DNA of 64,000 nt from Bacillota bacterium. Lineage in GTDB: Bacteria > Bacillota_I > Bacilli_A > RF39 > UBA660. Positions 1 to 9,496 of the stretch are shown here, one piece after another. Under the pieces are notes generated by a model, which did no database searches, was not told the origin of the DNA, and saw nothing but the letters and a program-made list of their open reading frames with translations. A program made the translations under genes and the position numbers. The stretch spans positions 479,132 through 543,131 of the forward strand of contig SVAJ01000001.1 of assembly GCA_015059435.1 (NCBI GenBank). Reading direction: 5' to 3'. Numbering within the stretch: the stretch's first letter is position 1; the number at the start of each line of letters is the position of its first letter.

Positions 1-663
1 TGGTAATTCAAGTACTGGTACTTTATGATTAGAATTTCCTAATTCATTTAATACGTTTTGGAATGATCCAATAACTTCAGATCTCATTTGTTCTACGATT
101 TCGTCTTTTCTGTATTCTTCTGCAGTTCCTGCTATTTTTGACATAAATGTAGATGGATCAGAAATTTTGAATGTATATTTACCAAAACATTTAACTTGTA
201 CTCTTAATGGACTCATTGATCCAGTCATTTGATTTGGAATTGGATGTGACCAATCTTGGAATGGTATTGGTGCTGGTGTTCCAAATTTGTTATCCATTAT
301 TTCTTTTGCATTAATGTAGAATACTGCTTGTTCTTTGCTTGTTCCACCATTATATACAAAACGAGTCCACATTTCTTTAAATACTCCACCAAAATCTCCT
401 GCAAAGAATGAAGGTGATGTTGATTGATCGAATGTGTAAATTCCTTCTTCTGCTGTTGCATCTAAAATTTTACCACTTTCGAAAATTACTGCTATTTGTC
501 CTGGTGCTACTTGAATAGCACTGTCTTTTGATATAATTCCATTAGGTGTAGATACTTTTTTCATTAAGATATCTTGTCCTAAATCCTCACATTTAATATA
601 ATCTTTCCATTGATCATGTAATGTTGATCCTACTGCTGCTGTTGCTGCTTTAATTAATCCCAT
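1..663 (-). CDS. SPFH/band-7-like protein (YdjI-like), N-terminal 221 aa; C-terminus lies outside the window
   Basis: Minus-strand ORF running off the window edge, ATG at 663. My translation MGLIKAATAAVGSTLHDQWKDYIKCEDLGQ... resembles Bacillus YdjI-type SPFH proteins annotated 'virion core protein'. It is the last gene of the zinc-ribbon/TPM operon. Confidence 0.45.
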   Translation of the reverse strand, partial: MGLIKAATAAVGSTLHDQWKDYIKCEDLGQDILMKKVSTPNGIISKDSAIQVAPGQIAVIFESGKILDATAEEGIYTFDQSTSPSFFAGDFGGVFKEMWTRFVYNGGTSKEQAVFYINAKEIMDNKFGTPAPIPFQDWSHPIPNQMTGSMSPLRVQVKCFGKYTFKISDPSTFMSKIAGTAEEYRKDEIVEQMRSEVIGSFQNVLNELGNSNHKVPVLELP

Positions 664-693
664 ATTTTTTTACCTCTTTCCTTTTAATTAATT

Positions 694-1572
694 TTAAAAT
701 CTGTGTCCTCCACCACCGTGGCTAATTCCACTACTTCCGTGGTGTGTAGATGATCCTCCACCTGTATCATGCTCTATTTTAGTTTTTGTAGTATGACTAC
801 TTATAAGAGTATCACCTAGATTTTTTATATCAACTGAATCTTTATTTAAATATTCAGATGCTGTTGTAGCTTTTCTTACTAATCTATTCTTAGCAATTAG
901 AATTCCCATTATAATTCCGGTTAATATTAAACCTCCTAGTAATGAGAATAATATTATCTTTGCACGACTCATTTCTACTGATGAAGAATTGCTTGGTAAT
1001 CCTTTTGATGCATAATCACTTATTTTACTTATATATTTTGAAGTTCCAGTATAATACTCTTCATCTGACATATATGAGTATACCTGATCTAGAGAACTTT
1101 CAATTCTATAATCATTATACATCTTAATTGCATTACCTGTTGTCGACATCCAAATTTCTCTGTTATCCATATCAATTAGAAATAAAACTCCATCCCTAGT
1201 TGAACCTATACCAAAGTCATTGTAGTCATAGAAATCATCTGCATAATCTCTAGCTGAAGCTTTATTATTTGAATTAATAGTTACTACAACTAAATCCATA
1301 TTATGAATATTAATGTATGTATCTATTTCATCTTTTAATTTAGTTTCTTCATTATCAGTAAATAAATTTGCAAAATCATATACTTTTTCTTCTGAATTTA
1401 CTGCAGGTGTTTTTAAAATTTTATCTTTGTTGTAATCATTTACTGTTATACCACTTGGTATTAAGTAATCAGCTTCTGTTCTTTCTTTTGTATTAGTACT
1501 TGCATTTACTGGTACTACCATAAACATCATTGTAATAACCAATGCTAATACTAATTTTAATTTTTGGATCAT
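694..1572 (-). CDS. TPM-domain membrane protein (YgcG/YdjH-like) with signal peptide, C-terminal TM and Gly/His-rich tail
   Basis: 292 aa. Signal peptide MIQKLKLVLALVITMMFMVVPVNAS, then a TPM-like core (DGVLFLIDMDNREIWMSTTG), a TM segment, and a GGGSSTHHGSSGISHGGGGHRF tail typical of YgcG-type TPM proteins. The start overlaps the upstream gene by 4 nt. Confidence 0.55.
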   Translation of the reverse strand: MIQKLKLVLALVITMMFMVVPVNASTNTKERTEADYLIPSGITVNDYNKDKILKTPAVNSEEKVYDFANLFTDNEETKLKDEIDTYINIHNMDLVVVTINSNNKASARDYADDFYDYNDFGIGSTRDGVLFLIDMDNREIWMSTTGNAIKMYNDYRIESSLDQVYSYMSDEEYYTGTSKYISKISDYASKGLPSNSSSVEMSRAKIILFSLLGGLILTGIIMGILIAKNRLVRKATTASEYLNKDSVDIKNLGDTLISSHTTKTKIEHDTGGGSSTHHGSSGISHGGGGHRF

Positions 1573-2648
1573 ACTCCACCTCCTACACCAAAGGTTAATA
1601 TTAAAAATATAATTATCGTTGTAATAATAAATATTACTATACTATAGATAATTGTCTTTTTTATATCTAGTGGAATATTTCCTACTAACTCACCTGTTTG
1701 ACCATTCATAGCAAACGTATACATCTTTTCATTATATTTTATATTTACCATCCATACTGGTAATAAAATATAATCGTCAGCTTTCTTAGTTATTTGCATG
1801 CCATTAGTTGCAACTGTTTTAGTTTGATGAATAACTGTAGCTTTTGCAGTATCAACTGCCGTATTCATCGCTCTTAAATCAGCTCTTTCTTTGGCTTTAT
1901 CCTTATCTACATCATACTTTTCAGCTAAGAATCCAGATAAATATGCATGATTGTATTCAACTAAATCACTGAAGTTAAATGGTTCTAACGAATCCATTAA
2001 ATCATCATCAAATCTAGATGAACCATCTACTAAGATTCTTTCAAAATCCATAGTAGCATCTCTTTTAGATAAATATGTATCAGTTTTTGTATATCTATAG
2101 TTATAATCACTCCAATGTTTTACATCGACTCCATTAAAACTAATTGGTCCTGATACATTTAAATCATATGTCCAAAAAGGAATATATACGCCTGTTAATT
2201 TTTCAATATTTTTTGGTTCATTGAATAATTTAGGCATAAGTGGTCTTCCTTTTGATAAACCTTTAAATGCTGTTACTGCATCTTCTTTTACCTTTTTGAA
2301 AGGTATAATTTTTGTAGGAGCAATACCATCATTAATTTTATCCTTTAAAATGGTTGTGCTTCCGCAGTACACGCAGAATGTTGCTGTTGTTTGTTCATCC
2401 GCCATTACTTCTGCTCCACAGTTTTTGCATCTATATACATCTAGATCATCTAGTTTTTTTGTTGGTTTATTTTCATCTTTTTTATTTGCTTCTTCGCTAC
2501 TAGCATTATTATGCTTTTGCATTTCTTCTAGAGAAAATTTTGAACCACAATACTCACAATCCCATAATTGATTCTTAGGGTTAAAAGTTATTTTGGCTCC
2601 ACATGCCGGACATTTGTTGTCCAATACTTCCAAAACTATCACATCCAA
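1569..2648 (-). CDS. double zinc-ribbon protein with C-terminal TM anchor (YdjG-like)
   Basis: 359 aa. Two CxxC...CxxC ribbons (CPACGAKITFNPKNQLWDCEYCG; CKNCGAEVMADEQTTATFCVYCG) and a C-terminal hydrophobic segment. It is translationally coupled to the TPM gene. Confidence 0.5.
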   Translation of the reverse strand: MDVIVLEVLDNKCPACGAKITFNPKNQLWDCEYCGSKFSLEEMQKHNNASSEEANKKDENKPTKKLDDLDVYRCKNCGAEVMADEQTTATFCVYCGSTTILKDKINDGIAPTKIIPFKKVKEDAVTAFKGLSKGRPLMPKLFNEPKNIEKLTGVYIPFWTYDLNVSGPISFNGVDVKHWSDYNYRYTKTDTYLSKRDATMDFERILVDGSSRFDDDLMDSLEPFNFSDLVEYNHAYLSGFLAEKYDVDKDKAKERADLRAMNTAVDTAKATVIHQTKTVATNGMQITKKADDYILLPVWMVNIKYNEKMYTFAMNGQTGELVGNIPLDIKKTIIYSIVIFIITTIIIFLILTFGVGGGV

Positions 2649-2698
2649 TCTTCACTTGTATTAATTATATCATAAATAATATATTTTTTATATTATTT

Positions 2699-3397
2699 TT
2701 AATATCTAACTATATCATTGAAGTTCCAAACTTTTTTTACTAAATCAACTATTTTAGTACTACAGTATGAACAACTTTTATCTTTCAATGATTTAACTGG
2801 AGCTCCACAATTCGGACAATTTATTCCTAATACTTTTTTATTACTATCTACTTTATCTATATCTATTACATAGATAAATTCTGTTTTAAATCTATCTTGA
2901 ACTTTTTTAGTAATATTATTATCTTTTTTCATATTATATTCTAAACTAGTTCCAAAATATATAGTTGCAACTCCACCTTTATTTTCATACTTGCTAACTA
3001 CAGTTTTATGGATTTTTATATTATCGTAGTTTACTTTAGATTCTTTTAAATCTTCTATTTCACTATTTACAAAAGTTTTTAATTTTCCATTTTTTATGCC
3101 ATTTGAATTTTTCTTTTCAATGGCGTTAAGTCCATCAATAATATTTTGTTCACTAACTCTTTTTAATTCATTTATGTTTAAATCTGGAAAGTCTCTAATT
3201 ATAGAATCCATATATATACTATCCATACTAGATAGTGATTTAGGTAATTCTTCATCTTCTATCCTAGCTTTTTCCATTACATCTCTCATAGAACTAAATC
3301 CATATTTATTTAAAGTTGTATTTATTTTATATCTTGCATAATAATAACAAAAAATTACAAATACTATTAATATTATTACACCTATTAAAAACCACAT
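2699..3397 (-). CDS. membrane-anchored hypothetical protein with C-terminal zinc ribbon
   Basis: 232 aa. N-terminal TM (MWFLIGVIILIVFVIFCYYY) and C-terminal CPNCGAPV...CSYC. It is the first gene of the cluster. Confidence 0.4.
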   Translation of the reverse strand: MWFLIGVIILIVFVIFCYYYARYKINTTLNKYGFSSMRDVMEKARIEDEELPKSLSSMDSIYMDSIIRDFPDLNINELKRVSEQNIIDGLNAIEKKNSNGIKNGKLKTFVNSEIEDLKESKVNYDNIKIHKTVVSKYENKGGVATIYFGTSLEYNMKKDNNITKKVQDRFKTEFIYVIDIDKVDSNKKVLGINCPNCGAPVKSLKDKSCSYCSTKIVDLVKKVWNFNDIVRY

Positions 3398-3452
3398 ATT
3401 ATCACCTCTTATAGTTTATCATATTAATTAATAAAAAAAAATAACATAACTG

Positions 3453-4322
3453 TTATTTTCCGCCTTCTACTTGATATGCATCTGTTACTACAAAGAAAAC
3501 ATCTTTATCTATAAGTTTTATTCCTTCAGTTACTCTGAAATATTCACGAGATGGTATAACGGCTAATAAAACTTTTCTTTTTTTCTCTAAGAATGCTCCT
3601 TTTACATCAAATGTTGTTACGCTATGTCTTAAGGTATTGATTATATATTCTTTTACTTTTTCATCTTCTTTAGTAATTATATAGAATGCTTTATTATTAG
3701 AGATACCTAATAAAACTTTATCAATAACTATACTACTTATATATAATAATATAATTGCATACATTACCATTGTCCAACCAATAAACACTCCACCAATTAT
3801 TACTATAATTGCATTGATTATTAAATTTGAATTAGCAATTGGTATATTGTAATACTTATATAAGATATGACTTATTACTTGTAATCCTCCATTACTATAT
3901 CCTGTTTTATAAATAAGACCATTGGCAAATCCAATTAATACTCCAGAGAAGATAGCAATTAAGAGCATGTCATTTGTATCAACATCTATTATCATTGCTA
4001 GTGGAGATGTTAATTCAACAAAGAATGGGTATACTGCACAAGCGATTAATGTTCCTGTTGTTTTTTCTGGTCCTAAGAATATTAAACTAAGCATAGTACA
4101 AATTGTTAATACTATTGATATTACAATAGCAGGATTTGTATTATAAAAGTTTTTTACTATTACTCCAATACCATTGACTCCTCCTGATACTATATTTGCT
4201 GGTAATAAAAATATATTATATACGATAGCTGATATTAATAAAGCAAATAGTAGTGTCACTATTCTCTTTACTATATTTTTCTTTCTTATTATTTCTATGG
4301 CGTTATCTATAGTTTTTTCCAT
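3453..4322 (-). CDS. YitT/DUF161-family membrane protein (paralog 2)
   Basis: 289 aa multi-TM protein with a C-terminal DUF2179-like soluble part (FFVVTDAYQVEGG). It sits in tandem with a same-length paralog. Confidence 0.55.
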   Translation of the reverse strand: MEKTIDNAIEIIRKKNIVKRIVTLLFALLISAIVYNIFLLPANIVSGGVNGIGVIVKNFYNTNPAIVISIVLTICTMLSLIFLGPEKTTGTLIACAVYPFFVELTSPLAMIIDVDTNDMLLIAIFSGVLIGFANGLIYKTGYSNGGLQVISHILYKYYNIPIANSNLIINAIIVIIGGVFIGWTMVMYAIILLYISSIVIDKVLLGISNNKAFYIITKEDEKVKEYIINTLRHSVTTFDVKGAFLEKKRKVLLAVIPSREYFRVTEGIKLIDKDVFFVVTDAYQVEGGK

Positions 4323-5192
4323 TTACTCCCCTCCAAATACTTCATAGGCATCCGTTACTACAAAGAATGCATCTTTATCAATAGTATGAATACCTTCTTT
4401 TAATTTATAATAATCTTTTGTTGGTAAGACACACATTAAAACATCTTCGTTTTCTTTTTTGTATCCACCTTTTCCTTTAAAAATCGTTACTCCATGATTT
4501 AAGTATTTTAAAATATACTCTTTAACTTTTTCTTCTTCGGTGGTAATTATATAAAAAGCTTTTGAATCTGATATACCTAGTATTATTCTATCTGATATGA
4601 TACTAATTATATATAATATAATAATTGAATACATAAGTTTATTAGGTCCAAATATAAATGCTGAAAATAAGACTATTAGTCCATCACTTAGAATTATACT
4701 TTTACCAATACTCATTTTACCATACTTCGCAATTATCTGATTAACAATATCAGTACCACCGGTTGTGAAACCTGCTTTAAATATCATTCCTCCACCAATA
4801 CCTAATAATAATCCTCCAAATACTATTGATACTAATACATCACTTGTATCTAAATTTAGATATGTATTAATATTAGCAGTTAGTTTTACTAACACCGGAA
4901 ATAAAAGTGATCCTACAACTGTAGCCTTTGTTTTTTGTTCTCCTAATGTAAAGTAGCATAATACTAATAAAAATATATCTCCTATTAGTATTATGGTGGA
5001 ATTTTCTATATTAAATAAATGATTAATAATAATAGCAATACCACTAACTCCACCTGCAACTATATCATTGGGAACCAAAAACAGATTATAGGCTATAGCA
5101 ACTATTATGCACCCTAAAATAAAACTAGTATATCTTTTAATAGTTGCTTTAGAATTTATTTCTTTTAGTAGTTGGAAATTATTATGTTTCAT
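4323..5192 (-). CDS. YitT/DUF161-family membrane protein (paralog 1)
   Basis: 289 aa, roughly 40 percent identical to the neighbour, with a zero-nt gap between the two genes. Confidence 0.55.
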   Translation of the reverse strand: MKHNNFQLLKEINSKATIKRYTSFILGCIIVAIAYNLFLVPNDIVAGGVSGIAIIINHLFNIENSTIILIGDIFLLVLCYFTLGEQKTKATVVGSLLFPVLVKLTANINTYLNLDTSDVLVSIVFGGLLLGIGGGMIFKAGFTTGGTDIVNQIIAKYGKMSIGKSIILSDGLIVLFSAFIFGPNKLMYSIIILYIISIISDRIILGISDSKAFYIITTEEEKVKEYILKYLNHGVTIFKGKGGYKKENEDVLMCVLPTKDYYKLKEGIHTIDKDAFFVVTDAYEVFGGE

Positions 5193-5193
5193 A

Positions 5194-6289
5194 TTATAGC
5201 TCCTTTTTTAAATTTTCTTCTATAAATAATTCAATATCTCCATCTAGTACTTTTGTAACGTTGCTTGTTTCTGCATTTGTTCTATGATCTTTAACCATAG
5301 AATATGGATGCATAACATAACTTCTTATTTGAGAACCAAACTCTATGTTCATTTGATCTCCTTTTATGTCATTTAATTCCTTCTGTTGTTTTTCTAATTC
5401 TAATAATAACAATTTATTTTTTAATACTTTTAATGCTTGTTCTTTATTTTGAATTTGACTTCTTTCATTTTGACAAGTTACAACTATTTTAGTTGGTAAA
5501 TGGGTAATTCTTACTGCTGAGTCTGTGGTATTTACCCCTTGTCCTCCTGCTCCTGTTGAACGATATACATCTATTTTTAAGTCTTTTTCATCTATTTCTA
5601 TATTGTTGTTTTGTTCTATCTCAGGTGTTATATCTATTGATGCAAATGATGTATGGCGACGATTATTTGAATCAAAAGGAGAAAGTCTAACTAAACGATG
5701 TACTCCTTTTTCATTTTTTAAATAACCATATGCATTAGTACCCTTTACTTCAATAGTTGCACTCTTTATACCTGCTTCTTCTCCTGCTTGATAATCAAGA
5801 ATATTTATTTTGTAGTTGTTTTTTTCACACCATCTTGTATACATTCTATATAACATCATCGCCCAGTCACAAGCTTCTGTTCCACCTGCTCCTGAGTGCA
5901 CTTCTAAAATGCAATTATTTTTATCATATGGTCCACTTAGATATATATTTAAAGATACTTCTTCTAGTGTTTTTTCAATACTAGGTATTTCTTCATTAAT
6001 TATATCTAGCATATCTTTATCTTCTTCTGTTAAAGATGATAATAATTCTAAGTTTGAAGTTATTTTCTTGTCTAAATCAATAACTTCAGAAGTTAGTTTC
6101 TTTAAATCATTCATTTCTGAAATAACTTGTTCACTATTTTCTTTATTATCCCAGAAATTAGGTTTTGACATTTCTTGTTCTAGTTCTTCTATTCTTTTTA
6201 GTTTACTATCAATGTCAAAGTGACCTCCATAGTTCTTTTGTTTTTATATGCATTTCTTCTAAATTTCTTATTAATTCTTTTGTTTCCAT
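5194..6289 (-). CDS. prfB: peptide chain release factor 2, expressed through a programmed +1 ribosomal frameshift
   Basis: The 325-aa ORF carries the RF2 SPF motif (RLSPFDSNNRRHTSF) and the GGQ motif. A 24-codon upstream ORF (ATG at 6289, METKELIRNLEEMHIKTKELWRSL) ends in CTT TGA C, with the SD-like GGAGGT just 5'. Shifting +1 at that site gives a continuous 364-aa RF2. Confidence 0.9.
6214..6220 (-). promoter_or_regulatory. prfB programmed +1 frameshift site CUU UGA C with upstream internal SD GGAGG
   Basis: The minus strand reads tggaggtca CTT TGA C, which is the classic RF2 autoregulatory recoding site. Confidence 0.85.
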
Positions 6290-6478
6290 ATATCCTCTTT
6301 TCTATTTTAATCAATATTTCTAAATTTATACTTATACCGTAACATATTAAGTAAATAATATCAAATTAATTTTTTTGTATATTATTTTAAAATACTGCAT
6401 ATATTATTATTGAGGAAGGTTCACTAGATAATGTGAAGATCCTCTGTATATAGATTAGGAGCCATTAGGCTCCTTTTT

Positions 6479-7837
6479 TTATATTTTTTCAATTATTTCA
6501 TGGGCAGCTTTTTTACCTGCTTCCATAGCAAGTATAACAGTAGCAGCTCCTGTTACTATATCTCCTCCTGCATATACATTTTCTAGAGAAGTTTTTGATT
6601 CTTCTACTACTATTAGACCTCTATCATCTAATTTTATATCACTATATTTTAAAGCTTCATGATTAGGAGAAGTTCCTAAAGCCATTACTACCATATCACA
6701 ATCTACTTTATGAAGTGATTCTTCTTTTTCAGATACACTTCTTCGTCCATCTTCACCAGCTTCTCCTAGTTCCATATCAACGACATTCATACCAATAACA
6801 TTATTATTATCATCAGTTAAAATTTCCACAGGATTTGTTAACAAGTTGAAAATTATCTGTTCTTCTTTAGCATGTTCTACTTCTTCTTTTCTTGCTGGTA
6901 ATTCTTCTTCACTACGTCTATACATTAGATGAGTTTCAATACCTAATCTTTTTAATGATCTAACTGCATCCATGGCAACATTTCCTCCACCAATAACATA
7001 GGCTACTTTAGCTTTTTTGATTGGTGTTTTTGAATCTTCTTTATAAGCATTCATCAAATTAATACGTGTTAATATTTCATTTGCAGAGAACACTCCATTA
7101 GCATCTTCTCCAGGAATATTCATAAATTTTGGAAGCCCTGCTCCTGTACCTAAGAATATGGCATCATATTCTTTTTTTAATTCATCTATTGTAATGGCAT
7201 TACCTACAGGTACATCAGTTTTTATTTCTACTCCAAGTTCTTTTAGTTTATTAACTTCATTTTCAACTATTCTTTTTGGTAATCTAAATTCTGGTATACC
7301 ATATGTTAGTACTCCTCCGGCTTTATGTAGGACTTCATATATCGTTACTTGAAAACCTTCTTTAGCAAGTTCATAAGCGCAACTTAATCCTGATGGTCCA
7401 CTACCTACTACGGCAACTTTTTTACCATTAGATTCTTTTTTACTTACTGAAGTTAAATTATCTTTTATCGCTCTATCTGCAACATAACGTTCTAGAGAAC
7501 CAATGGCAATAGCGTCACTTTTAAATCCTTTAATACACATCTTTTCACATTGTTTTTCTTGTGGACAAACTCTTCCGCATACGGCAGGAAGGGATGAAGA
7601 TAGGGAAATTATCTCATAAGCTTCCTTGATATTATTTTCTTTTATAGCTTTTATAAATTCTGGTATTTGAATATTTACTGGACATCCTTTTACACATCTA
7701 GGATTAGCGCAGTGTAGGCATCTTGAAGCTTCCTTTAATGCTTCTTCATCATTATAACCATAACTTACTTCTTCAAAATTAGTAACTCTAGATTCTGGAG
7801 ATTGGACTCTCATTTTAACCTTTGTATCATTATTCAT
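6479..7837 (-). CDS. nfnB: NADPH-dependent glutamate synthase beta chain-like oxidoreductase (NfnB/GltD/SudA-like)
   Basis: 452 aa. N-terminal Fe-S cysteine clusters (CLHCANPRCVKGCP) and an FAD/NAD Rossmann motif (VAVVGSGPSGLSCA). Paired with a PyrK-like subunit. Confidence 0.7.
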   Translation of the reverse strand: MNNDTKVKMRVQSPESRVTNFEEVSYGYNDEEALKEASRCLHCANPRCVKGCPVNIQIPEFIKAIKENNIKEAYEIISLSSSLPAVCGRVCPQEKQCEKMCIKGFKSDAIAIGSLERYVADRAIKDNLTSVSKKESNGKKVAVVGSGPSGLSCAYELAKEGFQVTIYEVLHKAGGVLTYGIPEFRLPKRIVENEVNKLKELGVEIKTDVPVGNAITIDELKKEYDAIFLGTGAGLPKFMNIPGEDANGVFSANEILTRINLMNAYKEDSKTPIKKAKVAYVIGGGNVAMDAVRSLKRLGIETHLMYRRSEEELPARKEEVEHAKEEQIIFNLLTNPVEILTDDNNNVIGMNVVDMELGEAGEDGRRSVSEKEESLHKVDCDMVVMALGTSPNHEALKYSDIKLDDRGLIVVEESKTSLENVYAGGDIVTGAATVILAMEAGKKAAHEIIEKI

Positions 7838-8663
7838 GGTTAGCCTCCATTTGTTTCATTTTTTCTTGTTCTTCTTCTTTGTAAGTATTTAATCTTTTTA
7901 ATGCTTTTTCAAAATTTACTTTATGGCCATCAAATTCTGGTCCATGGATACATGCAAATTTTGTTTTACCTTCTACTTCACAACGGCAAGCTCCACACAT
8001 ACCACTACCATCTACCATAATAGGGTTCATACTAACTATTGTTTTTAAATTATATTTCTTAGTTAAGTCACAAACATTTTTCATCATTATTACTGGACCT
8101 ATTGCGACGCATATGTCATATTTTTTTATATTTTCTTCAAGTATTGTAGTTACAAAACCTTTAGTACCAAAGCTACCATCATCAGTTGCGTACATTACAT
8201 TTTTTGAAACATCTTCTATTTTATCTTGTATCAATAACAACTCTTTAGATCTAGCTCCATATATTACATCTACATCTATTCCTTTTTCTTTTAAATATTT
8301 AACTTGTGGATAAACGGGAGCTATTCCTACTCCACCTGCTACATAGACTATTTTTTTATTTTTAAACTCATCAATGTTTGCACATATTTCATTTGGATTA
8401 CCAAGAGGTCCTGTTACTGAGAATAGTTCATCATTAGTTTTACTTAATTCCTTTGTAGATGCTCCTACTACTTGATAGATTACTGAAAGTATTCCTTTTT
8501 CTTGATCATAGTCATAAATAGTTAAAGGAATTCTTTCACTATCCTCTTTAGCCATTAATATTACAAATTGTCCTGGCATAGCTTTATTAACTACTAGTGG
8601 TGCTTCTAGCTCCATTTCAAAAGAATTTTCATTTAGTTGTTCATTTTTTAATATCTTATACAT
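7830..8663 (-). CDS. nfnA: ferredoxin-NADP reductase-like small subunit (NfnA/SudB/PyrK-like) with 2Fe-2S site
   Basis: 277 aa. FAD/NAD-binding fold with C-terminal CGACRC...C, and an 8-nt overlap with nfnB. Confidence 0.7.
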   Translation of the reverse strand: MYKILKNEQLNENSFEMELEAPLVVNKAMPGQFVILMAKEDSERIPLTIYDYDQEKGILSVIYQVVGASTKELSKTNDELFSVTGPLGNPNEICANIDEFKNKKIVYVAGGVGIAPVYPQVKYLKEKGIDVDVIYGARSKELLLIQDKIEDVSKNVMYATDDGSFGTKGFVTTILEENIKKYDICVAIGPVIMMKNVCDLTKKYNLKTIVSMNPIMVDGSGMCGACRCEVEGKTKFACIHGPEFDGHKVNFEKALKRLNTYKEEEQEKMKQMEANHE

Positions 8664-8717
8664 ATGATCCCTACCTTCTATATATTATATTATAACATAT
8701 TCATAATATAAAAAAAT

Positions 8718-8746
8718 AAAATATTCTAAACAATTTAGAATATTTT
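8718..8746 (-). terminator. intrinsic terminator: 13-bp perfect inverted repeat AAAATATTCTAAA-caa-TTTAGAATATTTT, T-run on the minus strand
   Basis: Perfect palindrome read directly from the sequence, downstream of gene 8802..9422. Confidence 0.6.
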
Positions 8747-8801
8747 ATATATGTTTTATTCTTTTTAATGAATTGTATGTACATTTTTTGTGATTAAAAG
8801 C

Positions 8802-9422
8802 CTATATTTTTATGTTATCTATAGTAGGTAATTCCTTAGATTCAATTAATTTTTGTCTTTGTTTTATTACTAAGTCTTTTACCTTTTTAACATTTTCTAT
8901 TGAAACTAGATTTACAAATGAAAGATTAGTTTTATCTGGGTTAATCATATTTTTACCAATTGTCTTTATCCCTTCATTCTCATTTAAATACTCTACTGAA
9001 AGAATTAAGTCTCCATACTTTTTCTTTACATTTTCAGTTTCAACAATACTATAATTAACTAAGTATCCATACCAAACTTCTTTTTTTCTACCTTTATAAA
9101 CTATAACTCTTTTATCTGTTATACAATATTCATCTTTTTTAACTTTTATATTCATTAAAAATAACTTACTTATAATACTATAGGCACCTAAGACACCAAA
9201 TAGCGCTACCGCTAAAAAGATTACTATAAATCCTAGGCTAGTACCACTTTCTCCATCGCCTATTCCATGAGTCACACAAAATATCATTATTGTCTGAACT
9301 ACTAGAGCAAATACTACCAAGAATATTTCACCTGATATATCTTTACTTCTATTTTCAGGATTTGGTTTACCAGTCCATATTATTTTTTCATTATCTCTTA
9401 AACATTCATTAAAATTATACAT
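8802..9422 (-). CDS. membrane protein with two TM segments and a bPH_2/YdbT-like PH domain
   Basis: 206 aa. Two hydrophobic helices followed by the motif CITDKRVIVYKG, typical of bacterial PH domains. Confidence 0.4.
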   Translation of the reverse strand: MYNFNECLRDNEKIIWTGKPNPENRSKDISGEIFLVVFALVVQTIMIFCVTHGIGDGESGTSLGFIVIFLAVALFGVLGAYSIISKLFLMNIKVKKDEYCITDKRVIVYKGRKKEVWYGYLVNYSIVETENVKKKYGDLILSVEYLNENEGIKTIGKNMINPDKTNLSFVNLVSIENVKKVKDLVIKQRQKLIESKELPTIDNIKI

Positions 9423-9443
9423 AATTAATTCTCCTCTTTTTAT

Positions 9444-9466
9444 TTATCCACATAATTTGTGGAAAT
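9444..9466. repeat. inverted DnaA-box-like palindrome TTATCCACA-taatt-TGTGGAAAT, directly upstream of the RBS of gene 8802..9422
   Basis: TTATCCACA is a perfect DnaA-box consensus. Its partner half sits inverted 5 nt away. Confidence 0.5.
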
Positions 9467-9496
9467 TTATTCACTATCTTTGATTAAATATTTCTA

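Noticed and set aside
700-730. CCAC-N7-GTGG palindrome (ccactacttccgtgg) in the TPM gene, resembling the TCCACA...TGTGGA family.
   Set aside because: The arms lack the TCCACA/TGTGGA extension. It sits in the His/Gly-rich tail, where repeated CAC-GG codons create it. It is probably codon-driven.
8306-8314. Isolated perfect DnaA box (TTATCCACA, reverse strand) inside nfnA.
   Set aside because: Roughly one chance occurrence of this 9-mer is expected in 64 kb at this composition, and this copy has no partner half-site.
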